Part shown: positions 34,056 to 36,158 of the stretch, one piece after another
How the letters are laid out: every line of letters starts with the position of its first letter
Position numbering within the stretch: position 1 is the stretch's first letter
Assembly: GCA_007116965.1 (NCBI GenBank)
Contig: SKHJ01000053.1
Location: forward strand, 1 to 36,158
DNA from: Candidatus Kaiserbacteria bacterium
GTDB taxonomy: Bacteria; Patescibacteriota; Minisyncoccia; Phycocordibacterales; UBA918
Length of the DNA: 36,158 bases
Direction: 5' to 3'
Notes under the pieces: model-generated
What the model saw: the letters and a program-made list of their open reading frames with translations, nothing else
Told to the model about the DNA's origin: nothing
Databases searched by the model: none
Translations under genes and position numbers: made by a program

Positions 34056-35129
34056 CTAGCGAACGTCGACACGCCAATTGATGGAGTGGTTGGCCTGGTT
34101 ACTATCTCGCAAAGTCTCAATGCGGATGGTCAGGTCTTGCCAGCCACGCTCGGGTCCAGTTCTGAAGCCAAGGGTCAGGGTAGCTTCTTCATTGGGTCGC
34201 AAGGGGCTTTGGCTCGGTGAACGGTAGGTCTGTCCGTTAGGTAATTCGGCCGTATATGTCCACGGCTCAGAAGTACGGGTACCAGTGTTCTTGACCGCAA
34301 AACGGATGGCTCCAGTTGTGTTAGGTGGTAGATTGCCACTCGGGCGGAAGTTCTGTTGGCTATCGAGGGTACCGGCACTGACAAAGCGAACTCCTACGTC
34401 GGTAAAGCCAGCTGGGTCAGAGACCGGGATGGTGACAGTGGGTTCAGTAGGAGAAACTGGTGGCTGAGAGGGCGCGGGCTGGCTGGGGACGGTTGGTGGC
34501 GAGACAACCACTGCCTCTTCCTCCTCAGTTGTAGGTTCAGCGATAACTTCTTCAAGTGGTTCTTCGGTTAGATCTGCGACAGTTTCGTCATCTAGCGCGG
34601 TACCTCGTACTTCCAGCTGACCGACGGTGGTTTGGATATCGGTGGGGTTGGTTTCAGGGATGAACGCAACTTGGTATGCGAGGGTAATTTTCTCACGGCT
34701 GGTGGTTGTTTCTAAGAGTAAATCTATGGTTGTCAGGTCACCAATGTTGTAGAGACGATCACACTCTAAGGCTAGGCTACCAAATTCGGGTGTTCGTAAT
34801 TGTATAGCAATATCTGGTTCGCACGTAAAAGCGACCGCAAAGGTACCGGGAGTTGAAACTTCTGGCCAGCTGATAGTGATTACCTCGCCAGGACTGAAGG
34901 TATCTGGGCTGGTGCTCAGGTCCAGAGTTACCGTCGTATCGGTCTCTTGGTCACGTAATAGATCTGCCACGGAAGCCGTGATGTGGGGAATCATTGCTAC
35001 GGTAGTAAAGATGATCCAAGCTAAAGCAGCCAGTAAGGCAAGGAATCCTAACACCGCCAGAGCCTTGGTCATACGCTCACGCGCAGTTGGTCGTCGTGGG
35101 GGATTTGTATCGGTTTGCGGTGTGTTCAT
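34056..35129 (-). CDS. Type II membrane protein with two beta-sandwich modules (C-terminal CARDB-like) joined by an acidic/Pro-rich linker
   Basis: N-terminal basic segment and TM (ALAVLGFLALLAALAWIIFTTVAMI), with linker EEPLEEVIAEPTTEEEEAVVVSPPTVPSQPAPSQPP. The C-terminal 'AIRFAVKNTGTRTSEPWTYTAELPNG...LRPNEEATLTLGF' is CARDB-like. ATG 35129 is preferred to GTG 35147, which would lie inside the putative promoter. Confidence 0.65.
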   Translation of the reverse strand: MNTPQTDTNPPRRPTARERMTKALAVLGFLALLAALAWIIFTTVAMIPHITASVADLLRDQETDTTVTLDLSTSPDTFSPGEVITISWPEVSTPGTFAVAFTCEPDIAIQLRTPEFGSLALECDRLYNIGDLTTIDLLLETTTSREKITLAYQVAFIPETNPTDIQTTVGQLEVRGTALDDETVADLTEEPLEEVIAEPTTEEEEAVVVSPPTVPSQPAPSQPPVSPTEPTVTIPVSDPAGFTDVGVRFVSAGTLDSQQNFRPSGNLPPNTTGAIRFAVKNTGTRTSEPWTYTAELPNGQTYRSPSQSPLRPNEEATLTLGFRTGPERGWQDLTIRIETLRDSNQANHSINWRVDVR

Positions 35130-35137
35130 ATGAGCCG

Positions 35138-35146
35138 AAGCTACCA
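35138..35146 (-). promoter_or_regulatory. Weak extended -10 TGGTAGCTT (minus strand), 17 nt after the palindrome's TTGACA and 8 nt before ATG 35129
   Basis: The minus strand reads TTGACA-17 nt-TAGCTT-CGGCTCAT-ATG. Confidence 0.35.
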
Positions 35147-35159
35147 CAGAGCGACATTA

Positions 35160-35211
35160 TTGTCAATAGAAAATGGTAATGTGTGTACACATTACCATTT
35201 TCTATTGACAA
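35160..35211. promoter_or_regulatory. 52-bp near-perfect palindrome (25-bp arms, 2-nt centre) with outward-facing TTGACA boxes
   Basis: TTGTCAATAGAAAATGGTAATGTGT-GT-ACACATTACCATTTTCTATTGACAA. It lies between the divergent genes 34056-35129 (-) and 35278-36069 (+). Confidence 0.7.
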
Positions 35212-35224
35212 AATCATAAATAAA

Positions 35225-35233
35225 TGCTAGTAT
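35225..35233 (+). promoter_or_regulatory. Extended -10 TGCTAGTAT (overlapping TATACT), 17 nt after the palindrome's TTGACA, upstream of the sortase gene
   Basis: TTGACA (35205-35210), a 17-nt spacer, then TAGTAT (35228-35233). ATG is at 35278. Confidence 0.4.
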
Positions 35234-35277
35234 ACTGCAAGCTGGGTTACTTACGAGACAGCAGCTAAACCAACGAT

Positions 35278-36069
35278 ATGACACAATTATCACCACAAAC
35301 AAATATGATCGAGACCATAGCTGGCGCTAAGCAGCGTTTTGTTATGGTGTTCGTTTCAGTTTTGGTGATCACGTATGGTTTCTTGGTAGCGATTGACTTT
35401 GTACCAGAACCGCCCGCGGCTGAAGCAGAATCGGTTGCTACTACGGGTCAGGATGATGTCGTTGCCACAGCAAGCGATGTTGTTGCTCATACAGCTCAGA
35501 CTGAAGTCGCTACTGGGTCTGAAGCGGCTCGTCAGTTGGGTGAAGAGGTTGAGCCACTGGCTACTCCGACTATCAGTCAGCAAGCGATCAGCTCAAGGGA
35601 AGCCTTGCCTGTACGTATCACCATCGACCGCCTCGACCGAACGGTACCGGTGCTGAATCCAACCTCTCGCAGGGTGGCCGACCTCGATGCAGCCTTGCTC
35701 GGTGGAGTAGTGCGTCACCCAGACGCAGCTGATCTGGTACGAGACGGTAATATTCTGATTCTAGGTCATTCAAGCCGATTACCAAACGTTGTGAATCGTA
35801 ATTTCCAAGCCTTCAATGACATTGAGCGTTTACAGTGGGGAGATACTATCCGTGTCTTCTCTGCCACCCACGAACATATTTACCGAGTTGATCGTGTGTA
35901 TGAAGCTCGGGCTAGTGAAGTGGTGGTGCCGATTGCTGATACCGGTCCGCGTTTGACCTTGGTTACTTGTAATAACTTTGGCGCTATTGAAGACCGATTT
36001 ATCGTGGAAGCAGAATGGCTTTCTGCTCGGGCGCTATACTTGAATTCTAATCTGAAACGCAACACTTGA
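35278..36069 (+). CDS. Sortase-family transpeptidase
   Basis: N-terminal TM (FVMVFVSVLVITYGFLVAIDFV). Catalytic triad contexts are 'ILILGHSS' (His), 'RLTLVTCNNF' (TLxTC Cys) and 'DRFIVEAEW' (Arg). Confidence 0.8.
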   Translation: MTQLSPQTNMIETIAGAKQRFVMVFVSVLVITYGFLVAIDFVPEPPAAEAESVATTGQDDVVATASDVVAHTAQTEVATGSEAARQLGEEVEPLATPTISQQAISSREALPVRITIDRLDRTVPVLNPTSRRVADLDAALLGGVVRHPDAADLVRDGNILILGHSSRLPNVVNRNFQAFNDIERLQWGDTIRVFSATHEHIYRVDRVYEARASEVVVPIADTGPRLTLVTCNNFGAIEDRFIVEAEWLSARALYLNSNLKRNT

Positions 36070-36158
36070 AACAAACATACTCGCCGGTACGCTAGTTGTG
36101 TTGGCAACTAATCAATACAAGCGAGTATGCACAAACATCTTAACCGCGTTGACCGCGC

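Noticed and set aside
36076-36129. 9-bp long-range stem CATACTCGC/GCGAGTATG after the sortase gene, enclosing a smaller AGTTG/CAACT hairpin and overlapping a possible ATG at 36127
   Set aside because: The stem is short with a 36-nt loop and no T-tract. The downstream ORF is cut off by the window edge after 10 codons. This is not enough to call a terminator, a riboregulator or a gene.
1-36158. Alternative genetic code (UGA = Gly, as in Gracilibacteria/Absconditabacteria)
   Set aside because: TGA terminates several well-supported genes at their expected ends (atpH, atpA, atpG, the FN3 protein, the sortase). No conserved protein needs read-through of an in-frame TGA.
1-36158. CRISPR arrays, IS elements, toxin-antitoxin pairs and defence-system genes
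   Set aside because: I saw no short direct-repeat arrays, no transposase/integrase/recombinase-like ORFs, and no small adjacent gene pairs or nuclease/helicase/methylase motifs while reading both strands.

Overview
Gene-dense window, almost entirely plus-strand. It reads like a small-genome, Gram-positive-type (sortase-bearing) bacterium, most plausibly Patescibacteria/CPR (Saccharibacteria-like). That placement is an inference from the split transketolase, trimmed PheRS and EF-Ts, and near absence of Shine-Dalgarno sequences. TGA, TAA and TAG all act as stops, so the code is standard. In order: (1) a divergent F1Fo ATP synthase operon, c-like/b/delta/alpha/gamma/beta/epsilon (82-5906). (2) An accessory cell-surface island (5987-14806). 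It holds a 1461-aa membrane-anchored tail-fibre-like giant protein (fibre repeats, 7 LVIVD repeats, self-cleaving S74 chaperone domain). This is followed by two paralogous secreted beta-rich proteins, a two-module C-terminally anchored protein and a 3xFN3 anchored protein. (3) GAPDH plus a non-oxidative pentose-phosphate block (rpiB, rpe-like, split tkt) and a convergent PfkB kinase. (4) L25, a coiled-coil lytic transglycosylase, L31, RF1, S2, EF-Ts, a small membrane protein and tRNA-Thr(UGU) with a 22-bp hairpin. (5) A processive GT2 synthase plus a PEGA-like membrane protein. (6) Minimal PheS/PheT, an orphan antisense small gene and GyrB. (7) A convergent CARDB-like membrane protein, a 52-bp palindromic divergent control region and a sortase. 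No rRNA, CRISPR, transposase, integrase or phage structural module was seen. Best candidates for something undescribed are the surface island (a Trp-less WxL/Csc-like locus next to the chimeric adhesin), the c-like subunit with no membrane carboxylate plus a remodelled stator, and the repeated placement of (extended) -10 boxes 6-10 nt before start codons, which implies leaderless mRNAs. All domain calls are by-eye motif recognition; no searches or computations were run.
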